DNA of 64,000 nucleotides from an uncultured Actinomycetes bacterium. GTDB taxonomy: Bacteria > Actinomycetota > UBA4738 > HRBIN12. The notes under the pieces were generated by a model. The model did no database searches. It worked only from the letters and a program-made list of their open reading frames with translations, and was not told the DNA's origin. The stretch is from contig CAVTIC010000007.1 of NCBI GenBank assembly GCA_963734685.1, positions 317,232 to 381,231 on the forward strand. Direction: 5' to 3'. Both the position numbers and the translations under genes were made by a program. Shown one piece after another: positions 37,152 to 46,421 of this stretch; the stretch's first letter is position 1; the number at the start of each line of letters is the position of its first letter.

Positions 37152-38258
37152 TCAGACGGCGGCGGTGAGCACCCGGCGCCACTCCTCACCGTTCCAGCGG
37201 AGCGCGAGATCGGGCGTGCCGGCGTCGCGCCATCCGATCGCCCAGGCGCCGCCCCGCCAGGCGTCGACCGCCACGAGGTAGCCCTCGACGCCCGCCGGCG
37301 TCGGCTCTCGGTGCCACCCGCCCGGCCGGTGCCGCAACGCCGCGGTCACGAAGGCCGGCCGGGCCTGGCCGACGGTCCACTCCACGTCGCCGGCCGCGGA
37401 CACGTCGTTCAGCCAGCCGCCGCCGCGCAGCTCGATCGTCCACCGGCCGTGCGCTCGGCGCGCGACGTACCAGCGGGGGCCCCGGTCCGACCCGGCGTCG
37501 ATCCAGGAGGTTCCGACGACCAGCGGTCCTCGTTCCGACATCGCGACCGCGTGCGCGAAGAGGTTGCGCCCGGCCACGTCGGGAAGACGTTCCACGGTCC
37601 ATCGGGATCCCCGCAGGCGCGCTGCGAAGACGATGTCGCCGAACATCGAGTTCCCGACGACCCAGGCGCCGTCACGCCCGGCGACCGTGAACGCACGGGC
37701 TCCCCACGCGAGCTCTTCCGGCAGGCGGATCCGGCGCCACACTCCTTCGTCCAGGACGAGCAGCCTCCCCCCCTCGAGCGAAGCCCCCGTCGCGAGGAAC
37801 CACACCGTGCCGCCGCCCCCGGCGGCGACCTGTTGCAGCCGGGTCCCCCGAGCCGCGCCGGGCGCGGCGATGTCGGACCAGGTCGCGCCGTCCCAGTGCA
37901 GGATCAACGGCGCGTCGGCGTCCCGCATGGTCGAGTACCCGGCCGCCCAGACGTCGTCGGTGTCGACCGCGGCCACCGAGGTGAGACGACCGCCACGCCA
38001 GGAGGGTGTCGGGCTGTCGATCCAGGTCCACCTCGATCCGTCCCAGTGCTCGGTGAGGGTCCGGTCATGCCCGGCCCGATTCGTGCGGGAACCGACGATC
38101 CACGCGTCGTCCGGCGCCACGGCGGCGACGTCGACGAGCCGGCCGCTCTCGTACGGGAAGGTGACCTCGGCCTCGATGGCCTCACCGGGTGGCGCGGCCG
38201 CCCCGGCCAACCCTCCGACGGCGACCCAGACCGCGACGATCCTCATGAGGCCACGCAT
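37152..38258 (-). CDS. Secreted Trp-rich repeat protein (probable beta-propeller)
   Basis: Signal peptide; repeats VAAV..DDAW.VG and HWDG..W; start uncertain (38279, 38258 or 38246). Confidence 0.65.
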   Translation of the reverse strand: MRGLMRIVAVWVAVGGLAGAAAPPGEAIEAEVTFPYESGRLVDVAAVAPDDAWIVGSRTNRAGHDRTLTEHWDGSRWTWIDSPTPSWRGGRLTSVAAVDTDDVWAAGYSTMRDADAPLILHWDGATWSDIAAPGAARGTRLQQVAAGGGGTVWFLATGASLEGGRLLVLDEGVWRRIRLPEELAWGARAFTVAGRDGAWVVGNSMFGDIVFAARLRGSRWTVERLPDVAGRNLFAHAVAMSERGPLVVGTSWIDAGSDRGPRWYVARRAHGRWTIELRGGGWLNDVSAAGDVEWTVGQARPAFVTAALRHRPGGWHREPTPAGVEGYLVAVDAWRGGAWAIGWRDAGTPDLALRWNGEEWRRVLTAAV

Positions 38259-38356
38259 CGCATCCACCTCCGATCCCATCGTGCCCCGCGATCGAGCGAC
38301 GGCACGGTCCGAGCGACCTGCCGTGTCGAGGACCGGTCGAAAGACCTAGACGAACG

Positions 38357-39460
38357 TCAGCGGCCGGGGTAGTCGGCGAACATGTACTCCTGTGCCTCGG
38401 AATCGCACGGGTTGCCGCGGCCGAAGGCGATGCGACCCTCGGTGACGTCGGCCACGCACCAGAAGACGGTCTTCTCGTCGGGGCGGCCGAACTCCGGATG
38501 GCGGCAGATCGAGTCGGGCTTGGTCTCGTGGTCGGACAGGATCTCGCGCATCACGGCCGGAGTCACCGAGCCGGGCGGCTGCGCCGCGATCAGCTCGCGG
38601 GCGCGCTCGAGGCGCACGGCGGAATGCCCGGCGTAGGCGGGATCGCCCTCGAACCGCAGCATGCGATCGCAGACGTAGTGGTTCGTATGCACGAGGTGGT
38701 CGGCGTCGTCGAGGCCGGTGACCTCGGCATCGGTGGCGCTTCCCTCGACGTTGGCGACGCCGCCGTCGGCGCTCGTGAGCACGTTGTTGTAGCTCGACGC
38801 GCGGTCGCTCCGAAGCGACATCGACACCATCTCGTCGAGCGTGCGGGCACGCATCATCTCGAGCACCTGATGTGAGCGCGAGATGCCGAGCCGCTCGTCG
38901 TTGGGACTGAGTTCGTTGCCCGTGAGCGAGAGGCCGGCAGAGTTCCAGCCGACCGAGAGCCATGGCACCCCCCCGAGCTGGAAGATCGTGGGGTCGCCGG
39001 CGACCTGCTTCTCGATGCCGACGATGTGCTCCTCGGCGGCGGGACGCAGATCGTTCGTGTGTCCGACGAGCAGGTGCCCGTCTGCGGTCGCCTCCGACCC
39101 GGCCACCACGTCGCTGCACCGACCGGCCGGGCGGCGCCGCGCCTCAGGAGCGACCTTCTGCCGGGGCTCGTACCAGAGCTCCTCGATCGAGGCCGCGAAG
39201 AACGTGAGCGCGTCGATGCCGGCGCCCTCGGCGATGCCCGTGAGCTCCTCGACGAGCCAGGGCAGGCGCGGCTGGGTGAAGGCCAGGTACTTCCTCGCGA
39301 GCGCGCGCTGCTGGTCGATCGTGCGCCCGGGTGGAAGGTCGTCGAAGACGTGCTCGGCCTCTGCGTGGACGCGGTCGCGTGCGGCTTCTCCGAGCCGACG
39401 TCCGACCTCGAAGTGGTTGGGCCCGGAGACCCGGATGACGTCGAGGCGCGGGGGGGTCAC
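38357..39460 (-). CDS. Peptidase C45 family Ntn-hydrolase (autoproteolytic acyltransferase/hydrolase)
   Basis: EELTGIAEGAG, GRCSD nucleophile, GHTND, GWNSAGL, HTNHY, SICRH. Confidence 0.82.
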   Translation of the reverse strand: MTPPRLDVIRVSGPNHFEVGRRLGEAARDRVHAEAEHVFDDLPPGRTIDQQRALARKYLAFTQPRLPWLVEELTGIAEGAGIDALTFFAASIEELWYEPRQKVAPEARRRPAGRCSDVVAGSEATADGHLLVGHTNDLRPAAEEHIVGIEKQVAGDPTIFQLGGVPWLSVGWNSAGLSLTGNELSPNDERLGISRSHQVLEMMRARTLDEMVSMSLRSDRASSYNNVLTSADGGVANVEGSATDAEVTGLDDADHLVHTNHYVCDRMLRFEGDPAYAGHSAVRLERARELIAAQPPGSVTPAVMREILSDHETKPDSICRHPEFGRPDEKTVFWCVADVTEGRIAFGRGNPCDSEAQEYMFADYPGR

Positions 39461-40815
39461 GACGTGAGCTCTCCGATCAGCGAGCCGAAGGCGTCGACGT
39501 AGGCGGCGACGTCGGCCTCGGTCGCAGGCACGGAGCACGTGGGCCCCGCACCGACGATCGCGTCCCACACGCCGCGGTTGGCGAGGTGGACGCGGAACAG
39601 CCGTCGCAACGGCTCGTCGAAGTGCGCGGCTGCTTCGGCGGCGTTCCGAGGCATGGACGGCGCGAACGTCACACCGCTCCGCGGCCAGAACCGGTGCGCC
39701 GTCCAGGGGAGCCCGGCAGCCGCGATCGCTCGCTCGATGCCGTCGGCCAACCGCGCGCCGAGCGCCTGGGTGTGCGCGTACGCATCAGGCGTCAGCACCT
39801 CGCCGAGCGTCGCACGCGCCGCAGCCATCGAGAGGGGATTCCCGAACAGCGTGCCCCCGGTGGCGACGGTGGGCTTCTCGTCGTCGCGCCCGTCGGGTCG
39901 CTCGAGGATCTCTGCGACCTCTTGTGTCATCCCGTAGCCACCGAGCGGCACCCCTCCCGCGAACGACTTGCCGATCGTGATCAGGTCCGGCGCGAGACCC
40001 CACATCCGCGTGAGGCCGCCGGCACCGACGACCTGCGTGTGTGTCTCGTCGTAGGCCAGGAGCGTCCCGGTCTCGCGGGTGATCGCGCGAAGCCCGTCAT
40101 GGAAGCCGTCGTCTGGGAGCTGAAGACCGACGTTGTTCGTCGGTACCGGTTCGGTGATCACGATCGCGATCTCGTGGCTCTCGAGGGCGGCCCGCAGGGC
40201 GTCGAGGTCGTTGAACGGCACGATCGCGACCTTCGAGGTGACGTCGCTGGGCAGCCCCGCTTCCTCCGGGACCAGCTCGCCCTGCTCGAGTCCGACGAGC
40301 GTCTCGTCGAAATGCCCGTGGTACTTCCCCTCGAAGAAGAGGACCTTGTCGCGTCCGGTCGCGACCCGCGCCACCCTGATCGCCTCGGTGTTCGCGTGGG
40401 TGGCGGAGAGGGTGAACTGCCATTTCGGCAACCCGTATCGCCGTCCGAGCTCGGTCGCCACCCAGATCGAGTCCTCGTTGGGCAGGAGGAACTGCGACCC
40501 GGCGGCGATGCGGCTCGAGACCGCTTCGACGACCGGTTCCGGGGCGTAGCCGGCGAACATCGACATGTCGGCGATGTTGAAGTCGGCGTACTCGTTGCCG
40601 TCGACGTCGCGGAACCGCGCCCCCTTCGCGTCGTCGACCCAGATCGGCGGGTGGTCGTAGGAGGTTCGCAGCCACGACATCGGCACGCCGTTGGGCATCA
40701 CCGACCCAGCGCGATGCCAGGTCTCGATCGAGGTGGCATGTGTCTCGGCGAACGAGGCGTCCTCCCGGTCCTTCAGGGCCTGGACCTTCGCAGGATCGAT
40801 GCCGGAGGCGTTCAT
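39457..40815 (-). CDS. Class III PLP aminotransferase (GSA-aminomutase-like)
   Basis: DVDGNEY, FEGKYHG, TEP, DETHT, GKSFAGG, GGTLFGNPL. Confidence 0.87.
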   Translation of the reverse strand: MNASGIDPAKVQALKDREDASFAETHATSIETWHRAGSVMPNGVPMSWLRTSYDHPPIWVDDAKGARFRDVDGNEYADFNIADMSMFAGYAPEPVVEAVSSRIAAGSQFLLPNEDSIWVATELGRRYGLPKWQFTLSATHANTEAIRVARVATGRDKVLFFEGKYHGHFDETLVGLEQGELVPEEAGLPSDVTSKVAIVPFNDLDALRAALESHEIAIVITEPVPTNNVGLQLPDDGFHDGLRAITRETGTLLAYDETHTQVVGAGGLTRMWGLAPDLITIGKSFAGGVPLGGYGMTQEVAEILERPDGRDDEKPTVATGGTLFGNPLSMAAARATLGEVLTPDAYAHTQALGARLADGIERAIAAAGLPWTAHRFWPRSGVTFAPSMPRNAAEAAAHFDEPLRRLFRVHLANRGVWDAIVGAGPTCSVPATEADVAAYVDAFGSLIGELTS

Positions 40816-40829
40816 GGGCCAGATGTGTA

Positions 40830-42122
40830 TCAGGCGCGTGGGAGGGCGAGCACCGTGCCGCGGTCATCGGCCGCGTAGACGGCGTCGCCGCTCAACGCGG
40901 GCGCCGAGCGGGAGGCGGCGCCGAGCATCCTCGTCTGCACCCGCTCGCACGACTCGTCGACGCTGCTCGCGCTCGCCGCGACGGAGCTCGAGGGAGCGGT
41001 GGGCGCGTCGGTGATGGCCGCCTCCTCAGGACGGCATCCGAGATCGACGATGGCGATGCTCCCGATCACCGACGTCACCACCACGACGTCGCCGTCGGCC
41101 ACGGGCGCGAGCAGCCCGGCGTTGGCGACCTCGAAGGAGTCGACGGCCTCGCAACGCAGGGAATCGCACGACGCCGGGAACACCCACAGTCGTCCGCGCT
41201 CGTCGCCGACGAGCACCCGATCACCCGCAGGGACCGGCGCCTCTGTCGCCCCGGCGGTGAACGGGCGGCCGGAGCGGAATCGTCCCCGCCATGCCGGGAG
41301 GCATCGGTCGGTGCACGACAGCGGAAACGCCCACAGCTGGCCGCGCGCGATGGCGTAAGCGAACCCGTCGCCGATCGCCACCGAGGTTGTCGGACCGTTC
41401 GTCCGGCCGAACCACACCGGGCGGCAATCCTGCCCGCACACGGCCGGGAACGCCGTCACTTCGCCGCGCATCGACGCCGAGCCCACCACGACGAGCCCAT
41501 CGCCTGCGGCAGGAGGGCCGCCCCCTGCCCCCCCCGGCACCTCGGCGCTCCACGCCGGCGGGCAGGCGAGATCGTCGGTGGCACAGGCGGCGGGGAACGC
41601 GTAGAGGCGGTCGGATGTGACGTAGACGAAGTCGTCGTTGACGACCGGTTGCGAGACCGATCCCTCTCCCGCGACGCCGACCCACTCCGGGAGACAGCTC
41701 GTCTCGTCGCATCCTGCGGGGAATGCGTAGACCTGCCCGCGAGCCGATCCGACGAAGACGCGTCCGTCGCGCACGGAGGGCGCCGAGAGCGGTCCGTCGG
41801 GCACGCCGGCGTGCCATGACGATGTGCAGACGTCGTCGACCGTAGGACACACCGTCGGGAACACGGTGAGCTGCTCGCCGGTCACGTAGAGGGCGTCCTC
41901 GCCCTCGGCAAGGCCGGTCACCGAGCCGTCGACGCTTGCCGTCCAGCCCAGCGCCGGGGTGCCGCTGACGAGGCCGCTGACCGTAGGTCGGTCCGCCGCC
42001 CGCAACACCCTGATCGCGCCCCCGACGACGATCAATCCCCCGGCAACGAGGAGGCAGCCCAGGGCGATACGGACGATCGTTGGGCGATGGGGCGAGAGCG
42101 AGGCGTGGAGGCGACGGAACAC
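40830..42122 (-). CDS. Membrane-anchored PQQ-like beta-propeller with paired-Cys loops
   Basis: N-terminal TM; repeats P.V.DG.V.VG...LYAFP..C...C.P.W. Confidence 0.65.
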   Translation of the reverse strand: MFRRLHASLSPHRPTIVRIALGCLLVAGGLIVVGGAIRVLRAADRPTVSGLVSGTPALGWTASVDGSVTGLAEGEDALYVTGEQLTVFPTVCPTVDDVCTSSWHAGVPDGPLSAPSVRDGRVFVGSARGQVYAFPAGCDETSCLPEWVGVAGEGSVSQPVVNDDFVYVTSDRLYAFPAACATDDLACPPAWSAEVPGGAGGGPPAAGDGLVVVGSASMRGEVTAFPAVCGQDCRPVWFGRTNGPTTSVAIGDGFAYAIARGQLWAFPLSCTDRCLPAWRGRFRSGRPFTAGATEAPVPAGDRVLVGDERGRLWVFPASCDSLRCEAVDSFEVANAGLLAPVADGDVVVVTSVIGSIAIVDLGCRPEEAAITDAPTAPSSSVAASASSVDESCERVQTRMLGAASRSAPALSGDAVYAADDRGTVLALPRA

Positions 42123-42174
42123 GACCCCACATCGTGGCGCAGCCGAGGGTCTGTTGTCTCGCCGGTCCGGCGAC

Positions 42175-42870
42175 CTAGTTGTCCCCGTCGCGAGCCCGGC
42201 TGTCGCGGAGCCACTGTGTGGCGGCCGCGATCCCGACGGCGCAGGCGGCGCCGAGCAGGGAGCCCGCCACCACGTCTGAAAGCCAGTGATGGTCGACCAC
42301 GGTGCGTGAGAGCGCCATCAGCACGATCCAGGTCAACGCGAGCGCGTAGCCGAGGCGTCGGTGGCGCCACGGGCTGGTCGCGATCAGCACGAGCCCGATG
42401 GCGACCTGGGCCGCGGTCTTCGCGTGGGCGCTGGGGAACGAGGTGAACGCGTCGTCGGGGTCGGTCGGGGTCGGTCGAGCACGCGCGAGTCCGGGCTTCA
42501 GCGCGAAGGTCAGCAGATCTGCGACGAGCCAGGCCAGGAGCCATGCCGCGAGGTCCCAGCGCCGACGCCGGTACCCGAGCCACGCGGCCACCGCGATCCG
42601 GACCGGCACCATCGCGGCACCTGACCCGAGGACCTCGAGGAGTTCGCCGAGGCGCCGGGTCCAGTCCGGCCAGGCGAGCACGCGTCGTCGCCACGCGTCG
42701 TCGAGCCCCTGCAGGAACGGTGGTGACGCGACGTCCGAGGCCACGACGACCATGAGCAGGACGACCCCGGCGAGCATCGCGGCCGAGACGGCCAGGGCGA
42801 GGCGTGGTACCCGGACCAGGTCGCCATCGAGCCGTGGCCTGGTGGGGATCCGCGAAATGGCGCGTTCCAC
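42175..42870 (-). CDS. PAP2 family membrane phosphatase
   Basis: K..LARARP, SFPSAH, SRTVVDHHWLSDV. Confidence 0.87.
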   Translation of the reverse strand: MERAISRIPTRPRLDGDLVRVPRLALAVSAAMLAGVVLLMVVVASDVASPPFLQGLDDAWRRRVLAWPDWTRRLGELLEVLGSGAAMVPVRIAVAAWLGYRRRRWDLAAWLLAWLVADLLTFALKPGLARARPTPTDPDDAFTSFPSAHAKTAAQVAIGLVLIATSPWRHRRLGYALALTWIVLMALSRTVVDHHWLSDVVAGSLLGAACAVGIAAATQWLRDSRARDGDN

Positions 42871-42948
42871 GCGGCGACGATAGCCGCGATCCGAGTGTCG
42901 GAGGCGGTCGCTACGGTTCGTCCCACATCCCCAACCGAGGAGGAACCC

Positions 42949-44001
42949 GTGAGCGAGCAGATCGGGATCGTGCTCCTGGCCCTGGCGTGCGGTCTGGCGG
43001 TCGGACTCGTCGTGTCGGCCACGCGACGGCTCGGTGAAGCACCAGATGTGGGCCAGGGTGCGTCGGACGACGCGGCGGTGATGGCGCGCCTGGAGGCGCG
43101 GCTCGAGGTCCAGGCCGCCGAGCTCCGCCGGCTCGCCGACAGCGCCTCGGCGCGCGACCTGGCGGGTGAGCAGGTGCGGTCCGGCGTCGAGGGCGCGCGT
43201 CGGGCGCTGCTGGAGCTCTCGGCCCGCGAAGATGAGCGTCGCGGTGTCGACGCCGAGCACCGCGAGGTGGTGCGCAGGTTGTCGACGGTGCTCGCGGGGG
43301 GAGCCTCGAAGGGTCGGGCGGGCGAGCACGTGTTGCGCGACCATCTCTCGGCCCTTCCGCCCGCGATGCTCGTCACCGACTTCCGGGTGGGTGGCAAGGT
43401 CGTGGAGTTCGGGCTGCTCCTGCCCGACGGCAGACGGCTCCCGATCGATTCGAAGTGGACGGCGCTTGCCGAGCTCGAGGCGCTCGAGGCTGCCGTCGAT
43501 CGTGTCGATCGCGATGCGTGTGCCCGTGCCGTCGAGAAGGCCGTGACGCTGCGGGCGAAGGAGGTCGCCCAGTACCTCGACCCGGCGGTCACGGCCCCCG
43601 TCGCGGTGGCGGCGGTGCCCGACGCCGCCTATGAGGTCCTGCGGCGCGCGCACGCAGACGCCTATGCGAGCGGTGTCGTGATCGTGCCGTATTCCTCGGC
43701 GCTTCCGATCGTGTTGTTCCTCTACGCCCTGGTGCAGCGCTTCGGCGACGCCGCCGACGTGCAGTCGAGCCTGGCCGAGATCGGAACCGTGCTGGACTCG
43801 CTCGAGACGGTGGTCGAGAACCGATTCGCACGTGCCGGCACCATGATCGTGAACGGCGCTGACGAGTTCCGGTCACAGCTCGGGAAGGCTCGGGGCTCGA
43901 TCGCTCGCGCGCGGTCGGTGTCCGAGGCTGCACGCACCGATCCGATCGGCGCTCGTCACGCGGATGACGACGGGCTGGGCCCGCTGACGGTCGTGCGCTG
44001 A
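42949..44001 (+). CDS. rmuC: RmuC family DNA recombination protein
   Basis: N-terminal TM, coiled coil, KGRAGE, LLPDGRRLPIDSKW, VAQYL. Confidence 0.78.
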   Translation: MSEQIGIVLLALACGLAVGLVVSATRRLGEAPDVGQGASDDAAVMARLEARLEVQAAELRRLADSASARDLAGEQVRSGVEGARRALLELSAREDERRGVDAEHREVVRRLSTVLAGGASKGRAGEHVLRDHLSALPPAMLVTDFRVGGKVVEFGLLLPDGRRLPIDSKWTALAELEALEAAVDRVDRDACARAVEKAVTLRAKEVAQYLDPAVTAPVAVAAVPDAAYEVLRRAHADAYASGVVIVPYSSALPIVLFLYALVQRFGDAADVQSSLAEIGTVLDSLETVVENRFARAGTMIVNGADEFRSQLGKARGSIARARSVSEAARTDPIGARHADDDGLGPLTVVR

Positions 44002-44034
44002 CATCGACCGCGCGGCCTGTGCGAAGCTCCCCTC

Positions 44035-44373
44035 GTGGACTTCCAGGAGACGCTCGCACGACTCGGGTTCCGCCCGAGCGAGGAGCGAACCTTCGGCGTT
44101 CGTGGAACCGGCCGCTACGAGTCCCGGCCGAACCGGTTCATGACGTACAGCGTGCAGACCTTCAGCGACGGGTCGGCCATGTTCAGCTGGGAGTTCGCCC
44201 TCGGCGACTACCTGGCGGGGCGCGGCATCCAGATGGGCTCCGACGAGGCGTTGAACCAGTTCGTCTACCCTCGTGAGGACCTGCGAGGCGACCAGGACGG
44301 CGCCTGGCTCGTGTCGGCCGTGGAGCGCACCGAGGCCATGCTTTCCACGATCCGCCTGGACCGGCCGGGATGA
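44035..44373 (+). CDS. Hypothetical protein
   Basis: GC3-biased codons, fills the gap, ATGA overlap with the next gene. Confidence 0.6.
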   Translation: MDFQETLARLGFRPSEERTFGVRGTGRYESRPNRFMTYSVQTFSDGSAMFSWEFALGDYLAGRGIQMGSDEALNQFVYPREDLRGDQDGAWLVSAVERTEAMLSTIRLDRPG

Positions 44374-45227
44374 TGAAGGGACGATCCGTGAGCCCCATAT
44401 CGAAGGCGTGGCGCCGTCTCGCGACGGTCCTCGTCTCTGCCACGCTCGTCGCGGCGATCCCGAGCGTCGCCCTCTCCTCCCCGCCGGCGCCCGAGCTGCC
44501 CGACCCGGCGCCGTGTCCCGGCTGTTGGGTGCCGGCGATCGAGACGAGCTGGCAATGGCAGCTCCAGGACCCGATCGACACCTCCCTCGACGTGGACATG
44601 TACGACGTCGACCTGTTCGAGGTACCGAGGGGCGTCGTCGCGGAGCTGCATGGCGCCGGGAGCGCGGTCGTCTGCTACATGAGCGCTGGTTCTTGGGAGC
44701 GCTGGCGGCCCGACGCCCGGCGCTTCCCCGATCGGGTGCTCGGGCGCTCGAACGGCTGGCCGGGGGAACGCTGGCTGGACGTCCGCAGCCTCGGCGTGCT
44801 CCGACCCATCATGGAGCGACGCCTCGACATGTGTGCCCGCAAGGGGTTCGACGCGGTGGAGTTCGACAACGTCGACGGGTACGCGAACCGCACGGGCTTC
44901 CCGCTGACCGGGGCCGACCAACGTCGGTACAACGTGTTCCTCGCAAATGCGGCTCACCGTCGTGGTCTGTCGGCGCTGCTCAAGAACGATCTCGGCCAGA
45001 TCCGCGCTCTGCTGCCGTACTTCGACGCTGCGCTGAACGAGCAGTGCCACCAGTACGACGAGTGCGGCCGCCTCGACGCGTTCGTCGATGCGGGCAAGGC
45101 GGTCTTCGGGGTCGAGTACAAGCTCGAGACGGCGGAGTTCTGTCCTCAGGCGAACGCCCACGACTTCAACTTCCTGAAGAAGCGTCTCGCCCTAGGGCCC
45201 TGGCGGGTTCCCTGTCGCGGCGTCTGA
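44370..45227 (+). CDS. Secreted endo-alpha-1,4-polygalactosaminidase (GH114)
   Basis: WQWQL, CYMSAGSWERWRPD, WPGERWLD, KGFDAVEFDNVDGY, LKND, NEQC, VEY. Confidence 0.88.
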   Translation: MMKGRSVSPISKAWRRLATVLVSATLVAAIPSVALSSPPAPELPDPAPCPGCWVPAIETSWQWQLQDPIDTSLDVDMYDVDLFEVPRGVVAELHGAGSAVVCYMSAGSWERWRPDARRFPDRVLGRSNGWPGERWLDVRSLGVLRPIMERRLDMCARKGFDAVEFDNVDGYANRTGFPLTGADQRRYNVFLANAAHRRGLSALLKNDLGQIRALLPYFDAALNEQCHQYDECGRLDAFVDAGKAVFGVEYKLETAEFCPQANAHDFNFLKKRLALGPWRVPCRGV

Positions 45228-45317
45228 GTCGACCTCCTCATATCGCCCCCGGGCCCGCGACGACGTCCTTCCGTCGCCGGGATCGCGCGCAGCCGAGTGG
45301 TCATCGATTCCCACAGT

Positions 45318-45333
45318 GTGCATACTTATGCAC
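45318..45333. promoter_or_regulatory. ARG box (ArgR operator) directly upstream of the argC start
   Basis: Palindrome GTGCATACTTATGCAC matches TGCAT-N4-ATGCA; argR lies in the operon. Confidence 0.8.
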
Positions 45334-45334
45334 C

Positions 45335-46390
45335 ATGTCCCCGAAGGCCGTTCGTGTCGCCGTGCTCGGCGCCTCAGGCTATGCCGGAGGTGAGTCGGTT
45401 CGGCTGCTCGCCGCGCATCCGCACGCTGAGGTGACCTTCCTCGGAGCGAAGGACTCGGCGGGGCTGTCCCTCGCCGAGGTGCATCCGCACCTCGCCTCGT
45501 TGCCGATCGGCACCTCGGAGCTCCAACCGATCGACGCCGTGACCGTGGCCGCGGCGGCCGACGTCGCGTTCTGCTCGTTGCCCAACGGCACCAGCTCGGG
45601 GCTCGTGCCGTCCCTGCTCGACGCCGGGATGCGGGTGGTCGACCTCGCGGGCGACTTCCGGCTTCCGGCCTCCGCCTACCCGGAGTGGTACGGCTTCGAG
45701 CACCCGGCGCCAGACCTGCTCGACAAGGCGGTGTACGGGCTGCCGGAGCTCTTCGCCGACCTCGTCGACGGCGCCTCGCTCGTCGCGAACCCGGGGTGCT
45801 TCGCGACGGCGGCGATCCTCAGCCTCGCACCCTTGCTCGGCGAGGGTCTGGTGGAGCCCGGACCGATCCGGGTCGACGGCAAGACCGGTCTGTCGGGGGC
45901 GGGGAAGAGCGCGAACGGGGCCACGAGCTTCACGGCGACCGAGGAGAGCCTGCGCCCCTATCGCGTGCCTGGCCACCAGCACACTCCCGAGATGGAGCGA
46001 GGGCTGGAGCTGGCGACCGGCGTCGCGCCACCGGTCCTCTTCGTGCCCCACCTCGTGCCCGCCGTGCGCGGGGTGCTGACGACGAGCTACGCGACGCTGA
46101 CCGAAGGCGTCACGACCGAGTCGCTCACCGAGTCGCTCACGGTCGCCTACGCCGAACGGCCGTTCGTGAGGGTGATGGCACCAGGGGGCATGGTCGACTC
46201 GAAACGCACGCGGGGCACCAACGTGATCGAACTGCAGGCGGTCGTGGACGCCCGCTCGGGCACCGCGGTCGTGGTCGGCGCCATCGACAACCTCATCAAG
46301 GGCGCCGCCGGCCAAGCGATCCAGAACCTGAACCTTTCCCTCGGCCTCGACGAGGCGGCCGGGCTCCCGACCCTCGCGGTGTACCCGTGA
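45335..46390 (+). CDS. argC: N-acetyl-gamma-glutamyl-phosphate reductase
   Basis: GASGYAG, DLAGDFRL, YGLPEL, ANPGC, SGAG, HQHTPE, IDNLIKGAAGQAIQN. Confidence 0.96.
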   Translation: MSPKAVRVAVLGASGYAGGESVRLLAAHPHAEVTFLGAKDSAGLSLAEVHPHLASLPIGTSELQPIDAVTVAAAADVAFCSLPNGTSSGLVPSLLDAGMRVVDLAGDFRLPASAYPEWYGFEHPAPDLLDKAVYGLPELFADLVDGASLVANPGCFATAAILSLAPLLGEGLVEPGPIRVDGKTGLSGAGKSANGATSFTATEESLRPYRVPGHQHTPEMERGLELATGVAPPVLFVPHLVPAVRGVLTTSYATLTEGVTTESLTESLTVAYAERPFVRVMAPGGMVDSKRTRGTNVIELQAVVDARSGTAVVVGAIDNLIKGAAGQAIQNLNLSLGLDEAAGLPTLAVYP

Positions 46391-46421
46391 CCGCGGGCGG
46401 CCTGTCGGCGGAGGCGTCCCC

